In this document: piece after piece, positions 53,487-64,000 of the stretch
How the letters are laid out: each line of letters starts with the position of its first letter
Numbering within the stretch: position 1 is the stretch's first letter
NCBI GenBank assembly: GCA_025786725.1
Contig: JAHLTZ010000012.1
Coordinates: forward strand, 124,001 to 188,000
Origin: Syncephalis fuscata S228
Taxonomy: Eukaryota; Fungi; Zoopagomycota
Direction: 5' to 3'
DNA: 64,000 nucleotides
Notes under the pieces: model-generated
Databases searched by the model: none
What the model was told of the DNA's origin: nothing
Seen by the model: only the letters and a program-made list of their open reading frames with translations
Program-made: the position numbers and the translations under genes

Positions 53487-54589
53487 TTATTTTGGATAAT
53501 GGTTACAGGTAAGAAAAATACATCGGTTAAGACATGTGGATATCAGATAAAAGAACAAGATGTCGAATGGCTCCATTTGAATAAGCCATTCTTTGTCCTC
53601 TGTTTGGATACAACACGAACATATCCATAGAGGTGTCGTGGTGTTGGAGAATGGATCCATAAAAATGGTACGCACATCTGTACGCAGTGACTGTGGACGA
53701 GATCGCCGTCTAACGGTGCTATTCTTATTATCGTCAAATTGTTCTGAAGAGAACTGTGACACAGGGCGCTGATTCGCCTTTAGAATACCGGATTGCTTGT
53801 CAAACGGTTCTTGATAAAATATATCAGCCACCGAGATGGGTCGTTTCTGTCGTTTGCACGAGGAAACTGTGTTGGATCTGGGCTTGGTGAACGCGTTGTC
53901 TCGCCAGCTATTAGCTGCTGACGAGTTGTTTGGCGGCGACTGCCCCACCTGGGCCGAATTGCGCAGCGAACGCTGCCAGGTAAATGCCATCGCACCTGAC
54001 TATTACTGCGCGAGCGTGAGTAACGGTGCCCGTCAATGATTTCGGGTGAGTCGACCTTTTTGTTGTTTTCTTTGAGCACTTGGTCAGTTGTGTCTGACGA
54101 CAACTGATTGGCCAATTGTGTTTCTTCCATTTTTGCTTCTTCATCTTCGTCGTCGTCTTCGTCGTCGTCTTGCGTGTGAGTGTTAATGGTGGTGGTGGCA
54201 GGTACACTGCGAAACAGCTGACGCAAACGAGCACCCAGTCGACTAGTGCCATTGGATGGCTGTCTGCGTGCTTGTTCTGCTTCGCATGCCATAATGGTAG
54301 TAAGGAGAGGTGGTGCTGGTGTTGCCGTTCTGTCCATTGTAGCTTTCGCCATGCCCATTGATGTGAAGGTCATCGGGCGTCGAAATGAATGTGGTCTATC
54401 GGTTGCCATACCAATAAGACCAACATCGATGGCAGAGGACAGCTGGCTGACAGCCACGCTTCGATCATGAAGCGATCGAGTAGTGGGCAGTACTTGTTGC
54501 ATGCCTTCGGCGGTTACCGATAGAGTGAGTTGCTGGTCGCGTAGTATTTGGGAAAGACGTCTACTCAAGCTTCGGCGTTGTGGCTTCAT
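53487..54589 (-). CDS. Hypothetical low-complexity protein (R/S-rich, acidic tract); structure uncertain
   Basis: GC-elevated overlapping ORFs 53780-54760 and 53487-53990. No recognised domain. Confidence 0.4.
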
Positions 54590-55654
54590 TTTTAAGCACT
54601 TTACTTTCACGAGCGGATTATTCAGAACTGGAAAGGTTATCAGTGCTGCTAATCGATAGCACGAGGAATGTGTGCAACCTACCCCACCCCTTTTGCCCAT
54701 CTGTTTCCGTCTAATTCCGTCGGCACTTGCTTTCCGTTTGGTGGCCTTAGAGCTCGGCATATCTACTGACGTAGAATGCTACATTTAGTTGCGTACTGCT
54801 GCAAACAGATTATCCGATGTGCTAGTGCCAACTAGTTGTCGAGGACCGGTTAACCCGTAACGGTATAGTGGAAATAAAACACCTCAATTTAGCCCAACTA
54901 CTTGGAAGCTCACGTCAAGCCATTGGCCTGTAGTGAATTCATTTGTAATACTGCTATTATCTCCTTATTAGTTGTGAAGTAACAATTTAATTAATGAGAT
55001 CACAGTTTATTAATAGTTTGATGTTATCATCCCGTTAGCAAATGTACATTAATCATCCCTTATTAATTATGATGTGTCGACTATCGACCACGCTGCAACT
55101 AGACTGTGATGACTGCATCAATTGCAGATTGTAATAAATCCAAAAGTAGAATTTCATTGAATTGCTGTCTGCCATGCCATGCATGTACCTGTTGCAACCC
55201 ACATTATACACACATTATTAAAGCTATGAGTTTTGTGCTAGTCTTACTAGTTAACCATTGTAGTAAAAATATAAAATACTAACAGCAAATTACATACGCA
55301 CGCACATTTTACTCATGTTAACTATCCACAGCAACTTACTGCTGAAGCACATATCAAGTAGAATAGACAAACATAGAACAAATTAACATAGCCAGTTTTA
55401 CCAGTGTACTATATTGATGCACATTTTTTGCAACAAATACAAACAATGGTATAAATAGCATCCATTATGGCCAACTTTGTACATGGCAGATGCATGAGCG
55501 GCTTTGTTCTAATTGTGTCGGCCATTGCATATTGTGTAACAACATGTTTGGCAATAATATAGGCCATAATAAGCAATACTAAATGGCAAGCATGTGATGC
55601 ATCTTTTCTCCTCTAGCATTCCTTTGCACTTTCAAACTATCTTTATTGCATTTT

Positions 55655-55730
55655 AGCATATCTATTACAGCATACTTATATTCCAGCATATCTATATTCC
55701 AGCATATCTATATCCTGGCATATCTATATT
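55655..55730 (+). repeat. 16-bp tandem repeat (agcatatctatattcc) x ~4-5
   Basis: Directly visible just upstream of the ATG at 55736. Confidence 0.75.
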
Positions 55731-55735
55731 TCAAT

Positions 55736-57260
55736 ATGCGTCAAATGATATATCCTCAGCATGAACCAAAGCGATTAATTGTAGCGCGCCTTAGTATGAT
55801 ATTTTTATAGTAGGCACACTTGCAACAATTTTCGGATTACAGATACAAAATATGTCAAAGCTCATGATCTTTATCGCATTTATTTTGATGCCGGCAAGTG
55901 GAATTCCTGGTATTTTGTTTATAGGTGACGCCGCCTTAAATCCTAGATATGATATATTAGGAGAGGCATTGAATTTAGATGGAAGCCAGTTTTAAATAAT
56001 ACTGATGTAATGCAATTTTTAAAAAAAGTTGAATGGGGTCGCACATTTATGCTGGTCCTAGCAATGACTCTTCAAGAAATGTGTAGATGCAGAAGAAAGG
56101 TTTGCATGGGTGTTTCTACCGCATAAAGCCTATTTTATACCAACAGGCAAACGACATAAGCGTGATATTCAAAATGGCGACAAAATATTTTCAGAAATTC
56201 AGTTTACGTTTAAAAAAAGATAAACACGACTTTAAACGACTATTCGTCTATGAATATTTATATTTTGGAAAGAAATAACGCAGATAAGCTGCGTCTTGCG
56301 AATGAAACAAATAACTTATTAGCAATCGATTCGCTTAGAAGCTCGATGTCGTCGAGAATACAATGGGGTACTCAGAAAGTTGTCAAAATTGAGCAGTTTT
56401 ATAACAAGACTTTTGGAAAAGCTGGAGAAATCAAAGAAACCAAATATGAGGCTAATGCAGATACATTCAATGATGATCCTAATCGAATACAAATTATTCT
56501 AAAACCATCTAATCAACCAATTTTTCATGATGATACTTATTTAATCAAGACTATGGAAAGTACACCACTTTATTGGTATGATGTCATTAGTCCTGTTGGT
56601 GGAGCTCTAAGTGTCGCATTATATATATTTACACTTTTATTTGGTCAAAAGCGACTACGTCCATGGGGAATTGTGCAACAATTTATACTGCGAAATCGAA
56701 TTTTTAGTAAAGTTCCTCGTGCTGTGGCAGTAATCGGGTCGGCATGGAGTACGCCTAAACAAAATCCTTTGGGACATGATTCCGCTATTGAACATGAGGA
56801 GAGTGAAATCCAACATGAATCCAGTGTTCATACAGTGCCAACATTGATTAGTCAACAAAGAAGTGCTAATACAACAATACAATTTGCTCAAGAACCAAAA
56901 TTTATCGAAATCGCAACATTGGATCACAGGCACGGTTTTAATGAATTGCAGCAGCTTAACAGCAAATAATCAAATAGAGACAGCAATGATGCTAGGAAAC
57001 AATCAGTCTGCACAAGAACAAAGCAATACACATCTTGCTCCTCCTAATAATAATGGCGCACAGGCACGTGATGGTAGCTCAATAGTTGACAACAGGGCAT
57101 CAAATTACAATATTTTTACCAACGTACGAATCAACGAATTGGAGGCCTTTCGTCAGCGCGTTGAATCATTCTACTTGGCATCCGACTTGTTTGAAGTGCA
57201 AGGGGACCGAAAGCAAACAAGCGCAGTACCCTGCAAATACTTACCAATCTCAATCTTTAA
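55736..57260 (+). CDS. Putative two-TM membrane protein with large loop, frameshifted; ends approximate
   Basis: N-terminal hydrophobic stretch; DVISPVGGALSVALYIFTLLFGQKRLRPWGIVQ; C-terminal RINELEAFRQRVESFYL. Confidence 0.55.
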
Positions 57261-57696
57261 CACTATGTTTATCTGCATTACAGTATATAATAAACTACAT
57301 TTATTTAAGTGCCAAACAAATGAGGCGCTGAATAGTGTTTGCATGCCATGTCGGTCGGTTTCAGCTTGGCAAAGGAAACGGGTGTCTGTAAACATGAAGC
57401 ATGTTTCAAACTTGTTGTGTGTCAGGCCAAACAGGGGTGCAGTATGAATTGCATGCTGTGCAACCATACAGCATTGTGCGTGAACAAAGCATGTGTACCA
57501 TCATCACTACAAAAGGCTGCCAACATTCGACCCATTGCCACTATTCAACACACACACACTTTCTACTTGTTACTATCTCGTCTGTTGACCAGACTATCAT
57601 ATCTTCTGCTACCATTGTTTATTCGTTTGATAGGCCGGCCCTATTACAAGTATCTATTGATCTGTAACTTATTATTTCTGTGTCTAAGCTATCAAC

Positions 57697-58164
57697 ATGC
57701 GCTTCCTGGTTCTCTTCGTTTTCACCATCTTTGCTGCAGTTGTATCAGCCTTACCAGTTCCATCCGATTCATATGGCGGCGATTATAGACAAGTGATGTT
57801 GGATGCAGTTAATAGTAAACGATCCGAAAATGGACTTAATCCATTAACTATGTCATCATGTTTGAATGATATGGCATCAGAGAACAGCGTAAACCTAAAC
57901 AAAAATCAAGCATTTTACTGGAAATTGGCACGCTCTTCTCAGTCTTTTGATAAATCTAGTTCCAGTATAGCTTGTAATGAAAATTTAGGCAACATTTTTA
58001 AAATAGAAACATTTGCACCAGCAGGCGGTGATGCTTTAATTTATTCCTTAAGCACAAATGGTAAACTTGATTCTTTATTGAAAGAAAGCGTCAATTATAT
58101 AGGTTTTGGTGATAATGGGCCACATTATCAAAATCACTACTGGACTATATTGTTTTCTGATTAA
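57697..58164 (+). CDS. Secreted CAP/SCP (PR-1-like) domain protein, degenerate
   Basis: Signal peptide; MLDAVNSKRSENGLNPL...L...A and IGFG...YWTILF termini typical of CAP domains. Confidence 0.7.
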   Translation: MRFLVLFVFTIFAAVVSALPVPSDSYGGDYRQVMLDAVNSKRSENGLNPLTMSSCLNDMASENSVNLNKNQAFYWKLARSSQSFDKSSSSIACNENLGNIFKIETFAPAGGDALIYSLSTNGKLDSLLKESVNYIGFGDNGPHYQNHYWTILFSD

Positions 58165-58809
58165 TAGAATAAAATACTTGTTTCAATGTAGTTATTATAA
58201 ATATTGTATAATATGCTTAGTATCAATCTGTTGTAGCATTTCTGTGAAATATTGTTAATGATTAAATCTAAATAAAGCTAGATTTAATAATTAAAATTTA
58301 AAAAATCCATATTGTTGTAATGTATTGGTTTACAGTAATATAAGCATCCAACTAGGCATAAATAGTCAATTTTAAAGCAATTACAGTTTGTAATAATTTA
58401 ATGTTACTTGTTACTTTTATTGTTGCTAATTACTAATAACAAACAATTACTATGAAGATATGGCAAGTAAATATTTGTTAGATATAAATATATGAGTAAT
58501 CGCATGAAATGATATTGCAGCCCTAGTGATGTGTGTTAACTAATGACCATTAAAAAACAAGTTTATTAACAAATCAATATCAATTAACACACTGTATTCT
58601 GAACATCAAGCTAGGCATTAATAAGTATCAGAAATTAAAGCTATAGAATTATCCATTTTATTTTGTATTCCCTTTTTACTAATTTACTACAATGACTGTG
58701 CTACTAAAGCAATAAATATTTAATTTTCTGTTTAAAATGGCAGCTTGCACTTAGACAAAGTGTAACAATGCAGTTAAAGTAATTAGTAAAATAGTATATT
58801 TTATATTCA

Positions 58810-61800
58810 TCAGTTCCTCTTAAGGCAGAACTTTTTAGGCAGAGATATTGGCAGTATTCGTCCAAAATACATCATCCAGCAACTTACGATGATGTGGAAT
58901 ATCACCCAGGCTGCTTGGTATATATACTTGGGAGAGAACACCCACCAGACAAACAAATGATATCGTTGGAGGGTCGCAACAATCGACATACTAGCTAGAA
59001 TAAACGAAAATAATAGCTTGTTCATCCATAGCCATAAAGCAATCGACTGTGACCATTTATCCGTGTTATCAGTCGTATCTTGTGAATTCTGCAACGCTGA
59101 CGCTGCAGACTCTAGATCCGGACTAATAACATTATTATTGTTATTATTGTCACCACCTATAGGTTTTGGCGAAACAGTTGAAAGCAGCTGATATGGCTGA
59201 TCATCGTAGTCTGATTCTACAATCACGCTAAGTGCCACCATGCCAGCTAGTGCCCACCAAATAGGGCCGGCCCAATTACAGATAAATGCAAGTACACCAA
59301 CAATTGCCGGTATAAAGGTTGACACACCGGTATACGCACTATTCAGCTCAACCGACGAAAGTGCATTGGTATTACCAAGAGCATAGAATGCAACTTGCTG
59401 CAGTGAAAATATTGGAATGCCCAGCTGCACTGTATACATAATAATACTAAGCCCAGTATTGCTTTGGCCATCTTGCTCGGATATAGTTTTCAGGCAGCGT
59501 ACATGTTTGATTAAGGCATACAATTGCCCGCCAAAAAGAATGAACACAAATGGATTATGTATACGAGCAAGTAGAATCAGCAGCAGTGTGGTAGCTACCA
59601 AATAAAGCTGGTGCCGGTCACTGGTTCGAGTTTGTTGCTGAGATGCATCATTTGGCCAGAAACTAGCCATCATCAGCAGAGTAAATATGCCGAGATAGGC
59701 AAGTCTAGCTAAAGCCAGTTTACCAACATGATCAAGCATCCAGTGACCAACTGCTGCTGGCATGTCTGGATGTGATTCAACTTCATAGGCCAATTTATAG
59801 AATATCACCATACAACCAGTAATAGTTATGGTAGTTGTAATGGCAATATTACGGATAGCTGCCAAAGAATACTGGCGGCGTCGTGCCAGTGTGATGTACA
59901 GTCCCCATCCACACGCTATAATGGTACTTATAACCATTAAAAACCGGCGGAGATCTGTATGGCCGTTGTCTAAGTGGTTGCGAATATTCATCTCTGTACC
60001 ATCATGACCTAAATACAATATAAATACAACTGTTCATTTTATGATTGTTAACAGCTTATTACCTGATTGATCCCACATGCGCAATATTCGTACAAATACC
60101 ATTTGCAATAATGGATACGTAATTAGCTTTAAATGCTTTGAACCATTAATCGAAGGCCACCTATAGAGCGTGAATTAATAACCAGTACGCAATGCCTTGC
60201 TTTAATTAATAGTAACTTACCAAAGCAGTATTTGCAATAACCAAGTAGTCTGCATAATATAATACCACGTTTGCTGTTCTTCCCCAATGTAACTGGTGGA
60301 AAGCAATTCAACACCATACACAATTATCAATAATATTACAGCTAATGCTAAAAGACAGCTGTTTTGACATACAAGTGATTCGCGTACAACTCTTGTTAAA
60401 GAAGCAATACTTGGTTTAGCATCAGTGGCTGTTCTCAGCTGTTGATACACTAAACGCAAGAAGAAAAACAACGATACAAATGTAGTAATAATCATTATAA
60501 TTATGCCGCTTGTCATTGATCCCATGCCATAAGTGCTAAAGTTCTGTGTAAGCTGTTGAGCACCTTGTTCGGCAAACTAGTGTTCATTGAGTATTATTAA
60601 TCAGTTAATGTTCATTTATGGCCATTGATATGAATACCTACTTTTCTATACAAATGCGTCACTTGTTCTATAAGATCTTTCTGATCCCTATTCGATATAT
60701 GTTGATGCTGATAGATAGCTTGTTCATAAGTACATATTAGATATTCGTTTTTGCCTTTTATATCATCGTCACAGTTTATAGTTGCCATATCGTAGCCTTT
60801 TAAGCTGCTGGTATCCCAACTGCCCCACAGCGATATCAGCATGCTTCGTATTTGATTTGCATTCAGCTGTAGTGCTCGAATCCATTCATCATCTATAATA
60901 TTCGTTATAAATATTAATTACTATACTATTATCTATCTTACGTGGTAGTGATTGAAACATTTCAGGAACTAGATTGCCCAGACTGTTACGTGGAGCTGGT
61001 ACACCAAATAATGAAGCAATGGTCGGTACTACATCAATTTGATTAATCGTTCGAGCTGGGATTGTTATATTTGACCATTGAACCGATGGACTCATAAATA
61101 TAAGGGCCTAGATAATAATAAGTTATCATAAGTAATGATGCTATAATTGATTTAATATATTTGTAATACTTACAGGTGATGTTTCTCCCGGTGAAGAACC
61201 ACCATGACCACCAAGCTATATTGAATAATAATAATAATAATAATACTTGTTATACTCATGGTCATAACAGCAATTATCATAAAAGTAATTACCTCATTCA
61301 TACCATGATCACCGCATAATATAATTAGTGTGGGTAGAGCATGAGGATCCGCTTTAATTCGCTCTTCATCAGTTTCTTTGGTTTTATCGTAAATAAGACG
61401 CACAATGCCATCCATTTCGCGTTGTTTTGGTTTCATTAGTGGACTGTTGATATTCAGTTGGTTGGTTAGTTGACCTGCAATGTAGTTATACAAATTGCCA
61501 CTACCTTTTGGGTCCGGCAGAGTGTCCAATATGATCAAGACCCAAGTAATGTAGAACCATTACATCCCAGTCCTTGTTGGCTAGCTCTGGCCCAACGTGT
61601 CGTGTCACATTCGTGTCGACTTCAACTGTATCCTAGATAACACCGATAACAACAATTAGTTGTATGATTGTAATAAATTAGTAGATTACGTACTGTGACA
61701 TAGAATGAAGAAGTGCCTTCGTAGCGTGAAAATGCTGGAGTTGCAAAATTCAACCAGGTTTCATCGCCGTAGAATATAAGTTTTTTACCACGATTCTCGC

Positions 61801-62508
61801 GCAACTGCATAAGCCAATTATCTTCAGTTGTCTTGCTCTTGCCACTCTCGACTATATTAAGAATAGCATCTTGAAAGTTGGGTACCATGCCTATTATTAT
61901 TATTATTGTTGTTGTTATTATTATTACTAGATACACTGTAATACTATGTAATATAAACTACTTACCAGTACTGAGGGCCTTGATACGTGGTAAAGTGACA
62001 GTGGGTGTGGTGGCCCGGCCAATAAATGGGACAGCATGTCGGTTGCTTATGGTTCTATTAATTAAATTGATCAGCTTTTACATTAATATTGTACTAATCA
62101 AACATTTACTTACTGTTTAGTAAATTCCATCTCAGAGTCGGGTCCAAATGCAAAATCACTAAATAATCATCCGCCGTTATGTTACATTTATTTCACTTGA
62201 CTTGGCTACTTTACTTACTTTCGCAGTGCATCAACTACCATGAATATCAGACGATCAAACTGCGGTTTAATGCCAAAACATTCATCAAGTAGTGTGTAGT
62301 TGCGCAGCGGCTCGTCCTGCTTTGTTCTTAGCGTTTCGCAAGCCGTTAAGGGTGGATGGCCTGGCCATTCAGGCACGTCTTCCACCGGCGTGGCTCGCCG
62401 AGGCAGGTAGGTCTTTTTTGGGAAAAAGCCATGGGTGAATAAGAGCAATGCTGCTATTTCAATGGCCAGCAAGCTAAAGAGCAATCCCGACCAAGAGCGG
62501 ATTGCCAT
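58810..62508 (-). CDS. GPI7: GPI ethanolamine phosphate transferase 2 (PIG-G), multi-exon
   Basis: FDRLIFMVVDALR, PTVTLPRIKAL, FYGDETW, LHYLGLD, LCGDHGMNE, QIDVVPT, and a multi-TM C-terminus with RYHLFVWWVFSPKY. Confidence 0.9.
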
Positions 62509-64000
62509 TGCAAAATATAATATAAAATAATCGATTTACTAGTGTCTACTACCTTCAACTAAGCCCTTTGATGCGTGAGTGGATTTTTTACTATTTGCAG
62601 CAGTAGCAGTAGTGCGCATCAAATAAAGCATACTTATATAGCTGCGAGCCGCTAGTTCCGACCATGAGAGCAGATCCCTTGGCCCAATGAATAGCAACTC
62701 CATTTGGTGCTACATCGTGGGTAGGTGGATGAAAACATCCTTATTCATCCTGCGTATTGCTTCAGAATAAGCCTGACTTTGATTGGTTCATAATCGGACA
62801 CGACATCATTGCAACTTTTATAACAGGAATAAAAAGTGGTTGACTATGTGCCCGTTTCAAACATATTATGGAGTGCATCGTGATTGATAAAAAACGTGTT
62901 TTAACGTCTATGTTTGAATATTGCCAAGAAAACTGACAGAACACCAGCTTCAATAGAATGGATGTAATATGGTAACAAAGGTATTGAACTGTTTATTAAA
63001 TTAAATTGCAATTGATTGGCCTGGTATGGAATCCAGTAGCAAGAGAATATTCATATATTTATACAAGTATTACCACATCAATGTTACCATGCCAATGGAT
63101 TTGTTAATTAAAAGAAACCAGTAAAATATAGTGAATTTCAATATAGCTGTACTGATTATCATATACATTGTTTATACATATTCAATAAAATATTGGACAT
63201 TACTCATTTACCAAGACAATAATTATTTACGCAATCACCATGATGATTAATAATTTATTGTGTTAATAGTCGTTTATAATAATATTGATGTATGTAATAG
63301 CATTATCTTTCCATAGAATAGATTAAGTGTAATAGAACATTGTATTAGTAACAATATTAAACACTTAAATAATAAATGTAACATACTATTTAATTTCATC
63401 AAAACATTTGAGATTGTTCAGTATTATTGTTGGCTATGCGTAGAAAGATTGATGGATACTAATAAAAGCCATTGATTGCAATTCCATATTGTTCCGCAGT
63501 TGTTATTGTTGTTACTATGTACAGTGTGGATTATTGCGTCTAAATGGCCTCTTCTATTTTCCAATCTTCTACTGTTGCATTTTAAGCATATTTGCGATGT
63601 AAGATAATTGTCTATGGTGACAAAAGGTAGGACGACTAGCATTTCTAATGTTCACCATTCTCTTGAGCATTCTTGATATCAACTTGGTAGGTGCAGGTTC
63701 ATTGCCAGCCATTGATAAAGCAAATAGCCTCCACCATATAAAATAAGAGAAATAAAACTAAGGATTGAATAATGTTTTTATTGATGTTTAAATACACATG
63801 TTATTTATATTGTTATATTCAACATTATCGGATAATATATTACTGAATAGAACAATAAGATAGTGATAAAAAGAAGAGTGAAATAAGTAAATAAAAATGT
63901 AGAAGTCAAAGTACAGTAGAAACATTAAAGCCATTTAATCTCTCTTTCACTCTTACTTTCAGTGTATGTTATTGGACTTGTTTTCTTTCAATTGTTACTT

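Noticed and set aside
63424-63800. Possible small secreted-protein gene on the minus strand
   Set aside because: A hydrophobic stretch is present, but no consistent reading frame or recognisable domain could be assembled.

Overview
Intron-containing, AT-rich eukaryotic DNA; gene content and intron style suggest an early-diverging fungus (inference). Left ~37 kb: a rearranged segmental-duplication complex built from one unit (3' fragment of ADE4, a small secreted Cys-rich gene, a conserved ~0.8-kb AT-rich block 'A', and a segment carrying a ~1-kb palindrome). Copies of the unit face each other around a 6-kb SEC13-ARL2-EF2 block. The secreted genes carry 3, 2 or 1 copies of a 6-Cys module ending in YPxCC(P/S)xxxC, which resembles the mainly arthropod SVWC (Vago/La1) domain. 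The 3-module copy is split by two independent, very young chromodomain Ty3/gypsy insertions, one of which contains a third, intact nested element. The two palindromes show arm-to-arm homogenisation. Right ~27 kb: intact ADE4, tyrosine aminotransferase, an atypical class II HDAC, BCKDH E1-alpha, two paralogous multi-pass membrane proteins, a 2-TM protein, a degenerate secreted CAP protein and GPI7/PIG-G. Many apparent frameshifts, including in EF2 and ARL2, are 1-bp deletions in homopolymers and are probably assembly errors. All alignments were done by eye; identities are approximate.
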